Shown: positions 29,671 through 39,140 of the stretch, piece after piece
Layout: the number at the start of each line of letters is the position of its first letter
Numbering within the stretch: position 1 is the stretch's first letter
Source: an uncultured Bacillales bacterium
GTDB taxonomy: Bacteria; Bacillota_I; Bacilli_A; RF39; UBA660
NCBI GenBank assembly: GCA_946536225.1
Contig: CAMNEE010000001.1
Span: 475,243-539,242, forward strand
DNA: 64,000 nucleotides
Reading direction: 5' to 3'
The notes under the pieces: generated by a model
What the model saw: the letters and a program-made list of their open reading frames with translations, nothing else
Told to the model about the DNA's origin: nothing
Databases searched by the model: none
Made by a program: the position numbers and the translations under genes

Positions 29671-30531
29671 ATGAATGAAAATAAAACTAATATTAACTGG
29701 TATCCTGGTCATATGGCCAAAACGAAAAGAGAGATAAGCGAAGTCCTTCCTCTTATTGATTTAGTTTTTGAAGTTGTAGATGCTAGAATACCTGATTCTT
29801 CTAGAATAGAAGATATAGATAATATAGTTAAGAATAAAGATAGAATCATGATAATGACTAAGAAGGATTTATGTGATTTAGAAGAAACTAAAAAGTGGAT
29901 TAAAAAGTATGAAGATGAAGGTATAAAAGTAGTACTTGTAAATTTAAATACTAATGATGATTTAAAATTTATTCTTGCTGCTGTTAAACAAGTTGCTGAA
30001 AAAGTAAATTTAAAGAGAAATGAAAAAGGTTTAAAAGATAAAGAATTAAAAGCATTAGTAGTAGGTATACCAAATGTAGGTAAATCTACATTTATTAATC
30101 GCTTAGTAGGTAAAAAGGTTACTGGTGTAGGAAATATGCCAGGTGTAACTAAAAACCTTGTGTGGCTTAAAACAAAAGCTAATTTATTACTACTTGATAC
30201 TCCTGGTATTTTATGGCCTAAGTTTGAAAGTGATGAAGTATCTTGTAATTTAGCTTCTATGAGTGCTATTAAAACAGAAGTATTTGATAATGATCATGTA
30301 GCATGTCATATTCTTAATAAGCTTAGTAAGTATTATCCAAGTAAGTTAAGTAGTAGATATGGTATAGATTATTTTGATAATGATGATATTGGTACTATGT
30401 ATGATATTATTGGTAAAAAGTTAGGATGTATTATACGTGGTGGAGAAGTAGATTATAACAGAGTGTCTACTATGGTTATCAATGATATTAGAAACGAAAA
30501 TATAAAAGAAGTTACATTTGATAGAATTTAA
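29671..30531 (+). CDS. rbgA: Ribosome biogenesis GTPase A (YlqF)
   Basis: INWYPGHM, VVDARIP, GIPNVGKST, LLDTPGILWPK. Confidence 0.97.
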   Translation: MNENKTNINWYPGHMAKTKREISEVLPLIDLVFEVVDARIPDSSRIEDIDNIVKNKDRIMIMTKKDLCDLEETKKWIKKYEDEGIKVVLVNLNTNDDLKFILAAVKQVAEKVNLKRNEKGLKDKELKALVVGIPNVGKSTFINRLVGKKVTGVGNMPGVTKNLVWLKTKANLLLLDTPGILWPKFESDEVSCNLASMSAIKTEVFDNDHVACHILNKLSKYYPSKLSSRYGIDYFDNDDIGTMYDIIGKKLGCIIRGGEVDYNRVSTMVINDIRNENIKEVTFDRI

Positions 30532-30618
30532 AAACACAATTAATTTGTGTTTTTTTGTTGTATTATTTTTATTTACCTAAAAACATGTTATTATTGATTT
30601 AAGATGAGGTAAGTTTAT

Positions 30619-31341
30619 ATGAAGAAAGAATTAGTTAAATTTAATAAAAAAATAAAAAAATTAAAGAAAAAACATAGAATAGGTTTTACTTTAGTTGAAG
30701 TGTTAGCCGTAATTGTTGTACTTGGTATAATAATGGTTCTTGCAACACCATCTGTGTTATCTACAATAGATGTAGCAAAGAAAAAATCATTTATGGCATT
30801 TGTACAAAAAGTTGCTACTAGAGGTCAAGCACAATTCTTAATTGATTCAGATACGGAAGAAAGTCCTGATTTTTTTGCTATTGAGTATGTTTATGACATT
30901 ACTACTGATTTAGACTTAGAAAACATTGGTACTTATAAAGGTATGTATATGCATGTTTTTTGTGCTGATAATTCTGAAGGTTGGTGTTGGAGTGATGACT
31001 ACTCTAAAGATGATAGAGATATCGTTTTCCTTTATAATGATGAATTTATATTCAATGGTTATCTTGATAAAGAAATAAAAGAAAGTGATATAATTTCTTT
31101 TTCATCTTTACCAGCAGAAGCACAAGCTTTATTTAAAAATTTAAATATAAAAGAATTTTATGCTCAAAATGAATCTTTAAATATGTGCGGTGGAGAAAAG
31201 TATATTGTTAATGGTGGCAAGGATGCAAGTGGAAATAAATTTAGTATACTAGCTCATACTACACACTACGATGATAATTATAATGAAGATGGATCTTGTA
31301 AATATCAGAATCCAGCATACTTTGGTTTTGAGAATAAATGA
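30619..31341 (+). CDS. Type IV prepilin-like protein B (short Cys-containing C-terminal part)
   Basis: IG|FTLVEVLAVIVVLGII signal; YDITTDLDLENIGTYKG family motif. Confidence 0.8.
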   Translation: MKKELVKFNKKIKKLKKKHRIGFTLVEVLAVIVVLGIIMVLATPSVLSTIDVAKKKSFMAFVQKVATRGQAQFLIDSDTEESPDFFAIEYVYDITTDLDLENIGTYKGMYMHVFCADNSEGWCWSDDYSKDDRDIVFLYNDEFIFNGYLDKEIKESDIISFSSLPAEAQALFKNLNIKEFYAQNESLNMCGGEKYIVNGGKDASGNKFSILAHTTHYDDNYNEDGSCKYQNPAYFGFENK

Positions 31342-31409
31342 ATGTATATACATTCATTTTCTTTTGAAATAATAATTAAAATTTAGGGTATTTATGTTAT
31401 AATTTTTTT

Positions 31410-32186
31410 ATGGAAATAAAAGAATTTGAAAACAATATATATTATTTTTTAGATCGATATAAAGATATTGAATCTTTTTTAAAGTTAAAGGAAAGTGTTA
31501 ATTCTAAAGCTGATAAAAAAATAATTGAAAAATTAGATTTAATGCTTGCAGAAACAGATAACTATAGATATGAACGTCATTTTATTAATCAAGGAAAGAC
31601 TATAATATGTGGTGTTGATGAAGTAGGTCGTGGTCCTTTATGTGGCCCAGTTGTAACATGTGCATGTATTTTACCTGATGATTTTCATTTAGAAGGATTA
31701 ACAGATTCAAAGAAGTTAACTGAGAAAAAAAGAGATAAATATTTTGATATACTTACAACAAATGAAGATGTTCACTATGCAATAGGTATTGTTGATAATA
31801 AAAGAATAGATGAAATAAATATCTTGGAAGCTGCAAGAGAAGCTATGTATCAAGCAATAAGTAAACTTGATATAACACCTGATGTAGTTCTTTCTGATGC
31901 TATGGATTTACCTGATTTAAGTATGCCTTATTTATCTATTGTAAAGGGAGATTATAAGTCAGAATCAATTGCGGCAGCTTCAGTTATTGCTAAAGTTACA
32001 AGAGATAGGATGATGTATGAACTTGATAAAGAGTATCCAGAGTATGGTTTTAGAAAACACAAAGGATACCCTACAAAAGATCATATAGAAGCTGTAAAGA
32101 AATATGGGGTAAAACCTTTTTATAGGTTTACTTTTTCTCCAATTAGTGAAATTATTAATGAGGGATGTGACAATCGTGAAGAATAA
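31410..32186 (+). CDS. rnhB: Ribonuclease HII
   Basis: GVDEVGRGPL, DSKKL, IVKGD, AAASVIAKVTRD, HKGYPT. Confidence 0.96.
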   Translation: MEIKEFENNIYYFLDRYKDIESFLKLKESVNSKADKKIIEKLDLMLAETDNYRYERHFINQGKTIICGVDEVGRGPLCGPVVTCACILPDDFHLEGLTDSKKLTEKKRDKYFDILTTNEDVHYAIGIVDNKRIDEINILEAAREAMYQAISKLDITPDVVLSDAMDLPDLSMPYLSIVKGDYKSESIAAASVIAKVTRDRMMYELDKEYPEYGFRKHKGYPTKDHIEAVKKYGVKPFYRFTFSPISEIINEGCDNREE

Positions 32187-34398
32187 AAAAGAAGAGAAAA
32201 AAATAAAGAAACAAGAAAAGAAAAACGAAAAACTTGAAAAAGATAAAAATTTAAAAGAAACAGTTAAAGAAAAATATGCTCAAACTCCAACTTGGGTTTT
32301 AGCTATTTATAACTTTATTACTAATAAGGTAGTATTTGGTACTTTCTTTTTAACATTATTTATTTTTTTGGAAGAAGTACTTTTAAAGATAGTTTGTAAT
32401 ACTGGTGTATTTAATTTTTCTACTGTAAGAATACTTTTAAGTTCTTTTGTTATTTCTTTATTTATAAACGGAATTGCTGGTATATTTAAAAGAAATATTC
32501 AAAGGATTGTTAACTCTATAGTAATGGGAATTGTTACTATTTATATATTAGTTGAACATATTTTATATAAAATGATTGGTTTTTTCATGGGAATTGGAAA
32601 TGCTGATCAAGGTACCAAAGTAGGAGAGTACGTTAAGGATGTACTTAGAAGTTTAAATATAGAAAAAGTAAGTTTTTTACTATTAGGTATAGCTTTTATA
32701 GTACTTTATATATTTTTAGATAAGTTTATTAGTAAAAGAAGAAGATCATTTAAATTTAATGTTGGGCAAAAGATATATATATTTATTGTGGCTTTAATTA
32801 TTTTAGTTGGTTTAAATTTCTTATATTACTATACTGTTAAATCAGATAAATTCAAAAGTGAATTACAAGCTGACTCAAACATTGCATTACTTTTATATCC
32901 TGAGAACTCTAATTTAGTTGTAAATAACTTTGGCGTAGTTGTATATTGCTTCAGTGATATAGTTAATCAATATACGGGAATTGATTCAAATTATATTTTA
33001 AAGATGGAAGCAAGAGAAAATGCTGATAAAAAAGAAAAAGAAGAAGAAAACGTTCCAGTTGATTATAAGAGAACTATAGATGATAGAGCGTGGGACGCTT
33101 TAATTGCAAATACATCAAATGATACTTTAAATACTTTAAATAATTACTTTAAAAATAGAGAAATTACTCAAAAGAATGATATGACTGGTATTTTTAAGGG
33201 TAAAAATTTAATTATTATATTAATGGAATCAGTTAATGAAATTTCTATTATGAATAAAGAAGATTTTCCAACAATGTATAAGATGTACAATGAAGGAATT
33301 AGTTTTAGAAATAATTTTAGTCCTAGAAACAACTGTTCTACAGGTAATAATGAAATGACTGTATTAACTTCTTTATGGTCAATTAATAATACTTGTACAA
33401 CTAATGCTTATTCTTATAATAAATATCCTCAAGCTTCATTTAATGTATTTAATAGAGCAGGATATACTACAGCAGGTTTCCATGATTATACTCAAAAATT
33501 CTATATGAGAAGTAGAATATTACCTAATATGGGTGCAATGAATTATTATGGAGCTCAAGATTTAGGAGTAAATTACTCAACGAGTTATACAGAAGCTGAT
33601 GATGCTGAGATGTATAAACTAGCTAAACCATATTATATGGACAAGACTCCATTTATGGTTTACTTTGCAACAGTTACACCTCATCAATCATATATTGATC
33701 CTCAAACTTGTAGTGATAGATATTATGAAAAATATAGAAACAAAGGATATAGCAGTAGACTTGCTAGATATTTATCTAAACTTCAAGTATTTGATGAAGC
33801 CTTAGCTGAGTTATTAAAAGAACTTAAAGATGAAGGTGAATTAGATAATACTGTTATTGCTTTATTTGGAGATCATTATCCATATGGACTTACTCAAAAT
33901 GAAATTAATGAGTATTTAAATGCTAATAATGCAGGTTATAAAGTTACTCTTGGTAGTACAACTAATGCTAATATTGATAGAACACCATTAATAATTTATA
34001 ATGCTGCTACTAAACCAATTCAAGTTAAATCATATACAACTATTATTGATTTATTACCAACACTTCTTAATATGTTTGATGTTGAATATGATCCAAGACT
34101 TTACTTAGGTACTGATATCTTTAGTGAATCACATATATCACGTGCTTACTTTAGTGATAAGTCATGGGTTGATGAAGTAGGAATGTACTATGCTCCAACT
34201 AATAAGATGACTTATTATGGTGAACAACGTTATGATGCTGCTGTTATTGCGGGTATTAATAAAGAAATATCTACTAGACAATCTATGAGTGGATCAGCTA
34301 TTACAAATAACTATTTTAAATATCTTGGTGAAGGTTTAGAAAAATATAAAGTTAAAGAAGAAGTTACTACTACAGAAAATCAAAATAGTAACGAGTAA
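32146..34398 (+). CDS. LTA synthase-family (sulfatase fold) membrane enzyme; likely start GTG 32176
   Basis: Five N-terminal TMs, GKNLIIILMES, STGNNE, TVTPH, LFGDHYP. Confidence 0.85.
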   Translation: MKLLMRDVTIVKNKKEEKKIKKQEKKNEKLEKDKNLKETVKEKYAQTPTWVLAIYNFITNKVVFGTFFLTLFIFLEEVLLKIVCNTGVFNFSTVRILLSSFVISLFINGIAGIFKRNIQRIVNSIVMGIVTIYILVEHILYKMIGFFMGIGNADQGTKVGEYVKDVLRSLNIEKVSFLLLGIAFIVLYIFLDKFISKRRRSFKFNVGQKIYIFIVALIILVGLNFLYYYTVKSDKFKSELQADSNIALLLYPENSNLVVNNFGVVVYCFSDIVNQYTGIDSNYILKMEARENADKKEKEEENVPVDYKRTIDDRAWDALIANTSNDTLNTLNNYFKNREITQKNDMTGIFKGKNLIIILMESVNEISIMNKEDFPTMYKMYNEGISFRNNFSPRNNCSTGNNEMTVLTSLWSINNTCTTNAYSYNKYPQASFNVFNRAGYTTAGFHDYTQKFYMRSRILPNMGAMNYYGAQDLGVNYSTSYTEADDAEMYKLAKPYYMDKTPFMVYFATVTPHQSYIDPQTCSDRYYEKYRNKGYSSRLARYLSKLQVFDEALAELLKELKDEGELDNTVIALFGDHYPYGLTQNEINEYLNANNAGYKVTLGSTTNANIDRTPLIIYNAATKPIQVKSYTTIIDLLPTLLNMFDVEYDPRLYLGTDIFSESHISRAYFSDKSWVDEVGMYYAPTNKMTYYGEQRYDAAVIAGINKEISTRQSMSGSAITNNYFKYLGEGLEKYKVKEEVTTTENQNSNE

Positions 34399-34431
34399 AA
34401 AATTATTTCAAGAGAAAAAGTAAAGAATAAG

Positions 34432-34461
34432 TTGACAATATCTAATTTATTACTTTATAAT
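34432..34461 (+). promoter_or_regulatory. topA promoter
   Basis: TTGACA, 18 nt, TATAAT, enclosed by an inverted repeat. Confidence 0.6.
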
Positions 34462-34499
34462 TTCTCTTGAATTTTATTTTATGAAGAGAGGAAATAGAT

Positions 34500-36530
34500 A
34501 TGAAGTTAGTAATTGTGGAATCTCCAGCTAAAACACATACAATAGGTGCTTATCTTGGAAGTGACTTTAAAGTTGTATCTTCTAAAGGACATATTAGAGA
34601 TTTAGCTACATCAGGTAAATTTGGATTAGGTGTTGATGTTGATAATAATTTTGAACCTAATTATGTTGTTATTAAAGGTAAAAATAAAGATATAAAAGAA
34701 TTAAAGAAAGATATAAAAGAAAGTGAATATGTTTATCTTGCAACCGACCCAGACCGTGAAGGAGAAGCAATATCATGGCATCTATTTGATGCTTTAGGTC
34801 TTAAAGATAGTAACTATGAAAGAATAGTTTTTAATGAAATTACCAAACCAGCTGTTTTAGAAGCATTTAATCATTCTCGTAAAATAGATATGGATTTAGT
34901 TAAATCGCAAGAAACAAGAAGAATACTAGATAGAATAATAGGTTTTAGATTATCTAAGTTAATGAGAAGTAAGACAGAAGGAAGTTCTGCTGGTAGAGTT
35001 CAATCTGTAGCTTTAAAATTAGTTGTAGATAAAGAAAGAGAAATTGAGGCCTTCATTCCTGAAGAATATTGGGAAGTAGTTGCTCACTTTTCTAATATTG
35101 ATTCTGAACTTGCTAGCAAGAATGGTAAAAGACTAGAACTTCATACTAAAGAAGAAGTAGATAAAGTACTTGCTGAACTTGGAGAAGAATATAAAGTTGA
35201 TTCAATTGATAAAAAGAGTAAGAAGAGAAATTCTCTTATGCCTTTTATTACATCTACTCTTCAACAAGCATGTTTTAATAAATATGGATTTAATTCAGGC
35301 AAAGTAATGAGTATTGCTCAAAAACTTTATGAAGGTATAGATATTGGAAGTGGTTCTGTTGGTTTAATTACTTACATGAGAACTGATTCAACAAGATTAT
35401 CTAACTTATTTATTAATGAAGCATTTGATTATATTGAAAAAGAATTTGGTAAAGAATACTTAGGAGGAGTTAAGACTTCTAAGAAAAAAGAAAATGTACA
35501 AGATGCACATGAAGCTATAAGACCAACTTCTGTTTTAAGAACACCAGATAGTGTTAAAAGATATTTAAGTGATGATGAATATAAAGTTTATTCAATTATA
35601 TATGCACGTGCTTTAGCTTCTTTAATGGCACCAGGTGAGACTTTAACTACTACTATTAACTTAATTAATAATGGATATGGTTTTAAGACAAGTGGTACTA
35701 TTGAAACATTTGATGGTTTCTTAAAAGTTTATAGAGACTTCATGAATAGTGATGAAAAAGCATTACCTGACTTAAAGACTGGTGAAGTGCTTCTTACTCG
35801 TGATGTTGAGGCAAGTCAAAAGTTTACTAAACCTCCTGCTAGATATACAGAAGCAACTTTAATTGAAGAAATGGAAAAACTTGGTATTGGTAGACCATCT
35901 ACTTATGCTCAAACAATGAAAACAATTAAAGATAGAGATTATGTATCTGTAAAAGATAAGAGGTTTATACCGACTGAAGTTGGTATTGAAGTTACAGATA
36001 AACTTCAAGAATTCTTCTCAAGTATTATTAATGTTACTTATACTGCTGAGATGGAAACTGAATTAGATGAAATAGCAGATAATAAACTTAATAATGTGAG
36101 TGTATTAAGAAACTTCTATGATAGATTTGAACCTCTTCTAGAAAAAGCTTTAAAAGAAATGCAAAAGAAAGCACCTGAGGAAACTGGGGAGGCATGTCCT
36201 AAGTGTGGTAGCCCTATGGTTATTCGTAAGAGTAGATATGGTAAATTTGAAGCTTGTTCAAACTATCCAACTTGTAAATATATAAAACAAGAAGAAAAAG
36301 AAGAAAAAGAAGTTAAAGAAGTTTGTAAGTGTAGTAAATGTAAAGACGGAATGATTATAGAACGTTTAACTAGAAGAAATAAAGTTTTTTATGGTTGTTC
36401 AAACTTCCCTAAGTGTAAGGCAGCTTATTGGGATAAACCAATTGGGGAAAATTGTCCTATATGTGGGGAAGTATTAGTTGAACATGATGGAGATATTAAA
36501 TGTTCTTCATGTGATTATTCAAGAGAATAG
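34500..36530 (+). CDS. topA: DNA topoisomerase I
   Basis: LVIVESPAK, ATDPDREGE, SAGRVQS, ITYMRTDS, C-terminal Zn ribbons. Confidence 0.97.
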   Translation: MKLVIVESPAKTHTIGAYLGSDFKVVSSKGHIRDLATSGKFGLGVDVDNNFEPNYVVIKGKNKDIKELKKDIKESEYVYLATDPDREGEAISWHLFDALGLKDSNYERIVFNEITKPAVLEAFNHSRKIDMDLVKSQETRRILDRIIGFRLSKLMRSKTEGSSAGRVQSVALKLVVDKEREIEAFIPEEYWEVVAHFSNIDSELASKNGKRLELHTKEEVDKVLAELGEEYKVDSIDKKSKKRNSLMPFITSTLQQACFNKYGFNSGKVMSIAQKLYEGIDIGSGSVGLITYMRTDSTRLSNLFINEAFDYIEKEFGKEYLGGVKTSKKKENVQDAHEAIRPTSVLRTPDSVKRYLSDDEYKVYSIIYARALASLMAPGETLTTTINLINNGYGFKTSGTIETFDGFLKVYRDFMNSDEKALPDLKTGEVLLTRDVEASQKFTKPPARYTEATLIEEMEKLGIGRPSTYAQTMKTIKDRDYVSVKDKRFIPTEVGIEVTDKLQEFFSSIINVTYTAEMETELDEIADNKLNNVSVLRNFYDRFEPLLEKALKEMQKKAPEETGEACPKCGSPMVIRKSRYGKFEACSNYPTCKYIKQEEKEEKEVKEVCKCSKCKDGMIIERLTRRNKVFYGCSNFPKCKAAYWDKPIGENCPICGEVLVEHDGDIKCSSCDYSRE

Positions 36531-36578
36531 TAATTTTTACTATTCTTTTTTGTTATAATAAAAAGTGAGGTGATAAAT

Positions 36579-37355
36579 ATGTATGGTGCAATAATTGGAG
36601 ATTTAGCAGGTTCTATTTATGAATACGATCAAACTAAAAACATAAGAGAAATAAGTCCTAGAAAAATACTTGAAAAAGATTCATTTTTTTCGGATGATAC
36701 AATTCTTACTATTGCAACATTAGAGGCTATTTTAGAAAACAAACCATATGCTGAAATGTATAAGAAATATTATCAAGAGTTTAAAAATTATAAACCTGAT
36801 TTTGAGCCTTATTTTAAAAGCGCCTTTTCTCCAGGATTTTCTAAATGGGCGGAAGGGAAAAAGTACGGAAACAGTACAGGTAATGGTGCACTTATGAGAT
36901 TATCGCCAATTCCTATGATTATTGATAATACTTTAGTTATGTATATGCATTTATATGATTCTGTTAATACTAGTCACAACTCGGATGAAGCAAGAGGATA
37001 CGCATTATGTCTTGCTGACTTTATAAGAAAAACAAAAACACCTGAAGATAGAGAAAAACTTTTAAGTTTATCTAATGATTTTAAATATATACCTTTCAAG
37101 ATATTTAATACTACTTGTAAGGAGACTTTACCTAATGTAATACATGCAGTTCTTAATTCAAGTGATTTTGAAGAAGCAATATTAAAAACTATTAGTATGG
37201 GAGGGGACACGGATACTAATGCAGCAATTGCTGGTTCTATTGCTGAGGGTTTATTTGGTATACCGGATTCTCTTATTCGTGATGCTAACAAATATTTACC
37301 GGAAGAATTTGTAAAAAGATTAGAAAAAGGTTATAGATTAGTCAAAAATAAGTAG
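36579..37355 (+). CDS. ADP-ribosylglycohydrolase family protein
   Basis: GAIIGDLAG, FSDDT, GNGALMR, GGDTDTNAAIAG. Confidence 0.92.
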   Translation: MYGAIIGDLAGSIYEYDQTKNIREISPRKILEKDSFFSDDTILTIATLEAILENKPYAEMYKKYYQEFKNYKPDFEPYFKSAFSPGFSKWAEGKKYGNSTGNGALMRLSPIPMIIDNTLVMYMHLYDSVNTSHNSDEARGYALCLADFIRKTKTPEDREKLLSLSNDFKYIPFKIFNTTCKETLPNVIHAVLNSSDFEEAILKTISMGGDTDTNAAIAGSIAEGLFGIPDSLIRDANKYLPEEFVKRLEKGYRLVKNK

Positions 37356-37406
37356 TTCTCTTGATATTAACCTTAATAAAAATGTATAATGAATATGGTG
37401 ATTAAA

Positions 37407-37931
37407 ATGGGTGAAACTTCAAAGATGTTAGTTAAATTTCCAAGTATAACTGATCAAGCAGCATGGAATGAGTTTGTTAATGAAGCAAGAAAGTTCTATG
37501 CAGATGCAACGCCACTTGGATATTTAAAAGATATGGATTATAAAACATGGCTTGATAACACTATTAGACTTAACATAGGTTCTCCTTTAAATGATGGAGA
37601 AATACCTACATCTACATTCTTTGTTTATGATGGTGCTCGTTTAATAGGTTATTTAACAATTAAGAGAAAGAATCTTAATTTAGATAAAGTTGGTCAAGTT
37701 TATTTAAATGTAAGACCAAATGATAGAAAAAAAGGATATGGAGACTATATTTTAAAAGCAGCTATTAGAAAATGTAAGGAAATAGGTATTATTAAAATAA
37801 TCATTTCTTGTCCTCAAGAGTCAGTTGGTGGAATTAAATTAATAGAAAATAATGGTGGCGTTCTTCAAGAAGAAAAAGAACTAAATGGTTCAGGTATCAT
37901 TATGAAAATATATTCAATTGATATTAAATAG
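37407..37931 (+). CDS. GNAT N-acetyltransferase
   Basis: VRPNDRKKGYG acetyl-CoA motif, IENNGG. Confidence 0.8.
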   Translation: MGETSKMLVKFPSITDQAAWNEFVNEARKFYADATPLGYLKDMDYKTWLDNTIRLNIGSPLNDGEIPTSTFFVYDGARLIGYLTIKRKNLNLDKVGQVYLNVRPNDRKKGYGDYILKAAIRKCKEIGIIKIIISCPQESVGGIKLIENNGGVLQEEKELNGSGIIMKIYSIDIK

Positions 37932-38003
37932 AAGAGTAATCTTCTATTTTTATTTGTATTTTAATATGTAAAATATTATAATTTTATTGAAAAGGTGATT
38001 TAA

Positions 38004-39089
38004 ATGCAATCAGTTTATATTCATATTCCATTTTGTACACATATCTGTTCTTATTGTGATTTTACTAAGTTATTACACTTTGAACCTTTTGTTGATGATT
38101 ATTTAGAAAACTTACAAAAAGAAATACTTGATAGTTATGATGGAGAAAGAGTTAAAACAATTTATATAGGTGGAGGTACACCTTCTTGTTTAAATAGAAG
38201 AGAAAGAATTAGATTATTTCAAATACTTGAAATATTTATTAAAGATGCTGATTGTGAGTATACTATTGAATGTAATCCAAGAGATATTACTGAAGAATTC
38301 TTAGATGATATAGTTCAAGCTGGAGTTAATAGAATTAGTATTGGTGTTGAATCATTTGATATAGATAACTTAAAATTACTTGAAAGAGAAGCAGATTTTA
38401 AGGATTTAAAGAAAAAGTTTGAACTTATTAGGAATCGTGGTATAGATAACATTAATATTGATTTAATGTATGCTTTACCAGGAGAAAAGTTATCTATTTT
38501 AAAGAAAGACTTACAATTGTTTTTAAAACTAAATCCTGCTCATATAAGTACGTATAGTTTAATGATTGAAGATCATACTAAACTTGGTATAAATGGATGT
38601 GAATATGTTACACCTGAGTTAGATGAAAAGATGTATCAAACTATATGTAAGATATTAAAGAAAAATGGATACAATCATTATGAGGTATCTAATTTTGCTA
38701 AAGAAGGATTTGAATCTCGTCATAATCTTAACTACTGGGACAATGGAGAATACTATGGTTATGGTTTAGGTGCCAGTGGTTATAAAGCAGGTTTTAGATA
38801 TAAGAATACTGCTAGTTTAAAACTTTATAATGAAGGAAAGTATAGAGAAGAAAATAATATGCTTTCTTATAATGATATGATGGATAATGAACTTATGCTT
38901 GGCTTAAGAAAATTAAAAGGAATAAATGTTGATGAGTTCTATGATAAGTATGGAGAAAATATTCAAGATATCTATCCTGAGATAGAAAAAGCCATTAAAG
39001 ATGGTTTACTAGTATATAAAAAAGGATATTTATCTATACCTGAAGATAAGATATATGTCATGAATGAGATACTAGTCAAAATAATGTAG
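38004..39089 (+). CDS. hemW: Radical SAM heme chaperone HemW (HemN-like)
   Basis: YIHIPFCTHICSYCDF, GGGTPS, YEVSNF, HNLNYW. Confidence 0.92.
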   Translation: MQSVYIHIPFCTHICSYCDFTKLLHFEPFVDDYLENLQKEILDSYDGERVKTIYIGGGTPSCLNRRERIRLFQILEIFIKDADCEYTIECNPRDITEEFLDDIVQAGVNRISIGVESFDIDNLKLLEREADFKDLKKKFELIRNRGIDNINIDLMYALPGEKLSILKKDLQLFLKLNPAHISTYSLMIEDHTKLGINGCEYVTPELDEKMYQTICKILKKNGYNHYEVSNFAKEGFESRHNLNYWDNGEYYGYGLGASGYKAGFRYKNTASLKLYNEGKYREENNMLSYNDMMDNELMLGLRKLKGINVDEFYDKYGENIQDIYPEIEKAIKDGLLVYKKGYLSIPEDKIYVMNEILVKIM

Positions 39090-39140
39090 CTATATTGAGT
39101 TTTAAAAAAACTGATGCTATAATTTATCCAGAATAAAGGA

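Noticed and set aside
31410-31580. N-terminal extension of RNase HII as a novel fusion
   Set aside because: A helical N-terminal extension of about 50-70 aa is usual in Bacillota RnhB.
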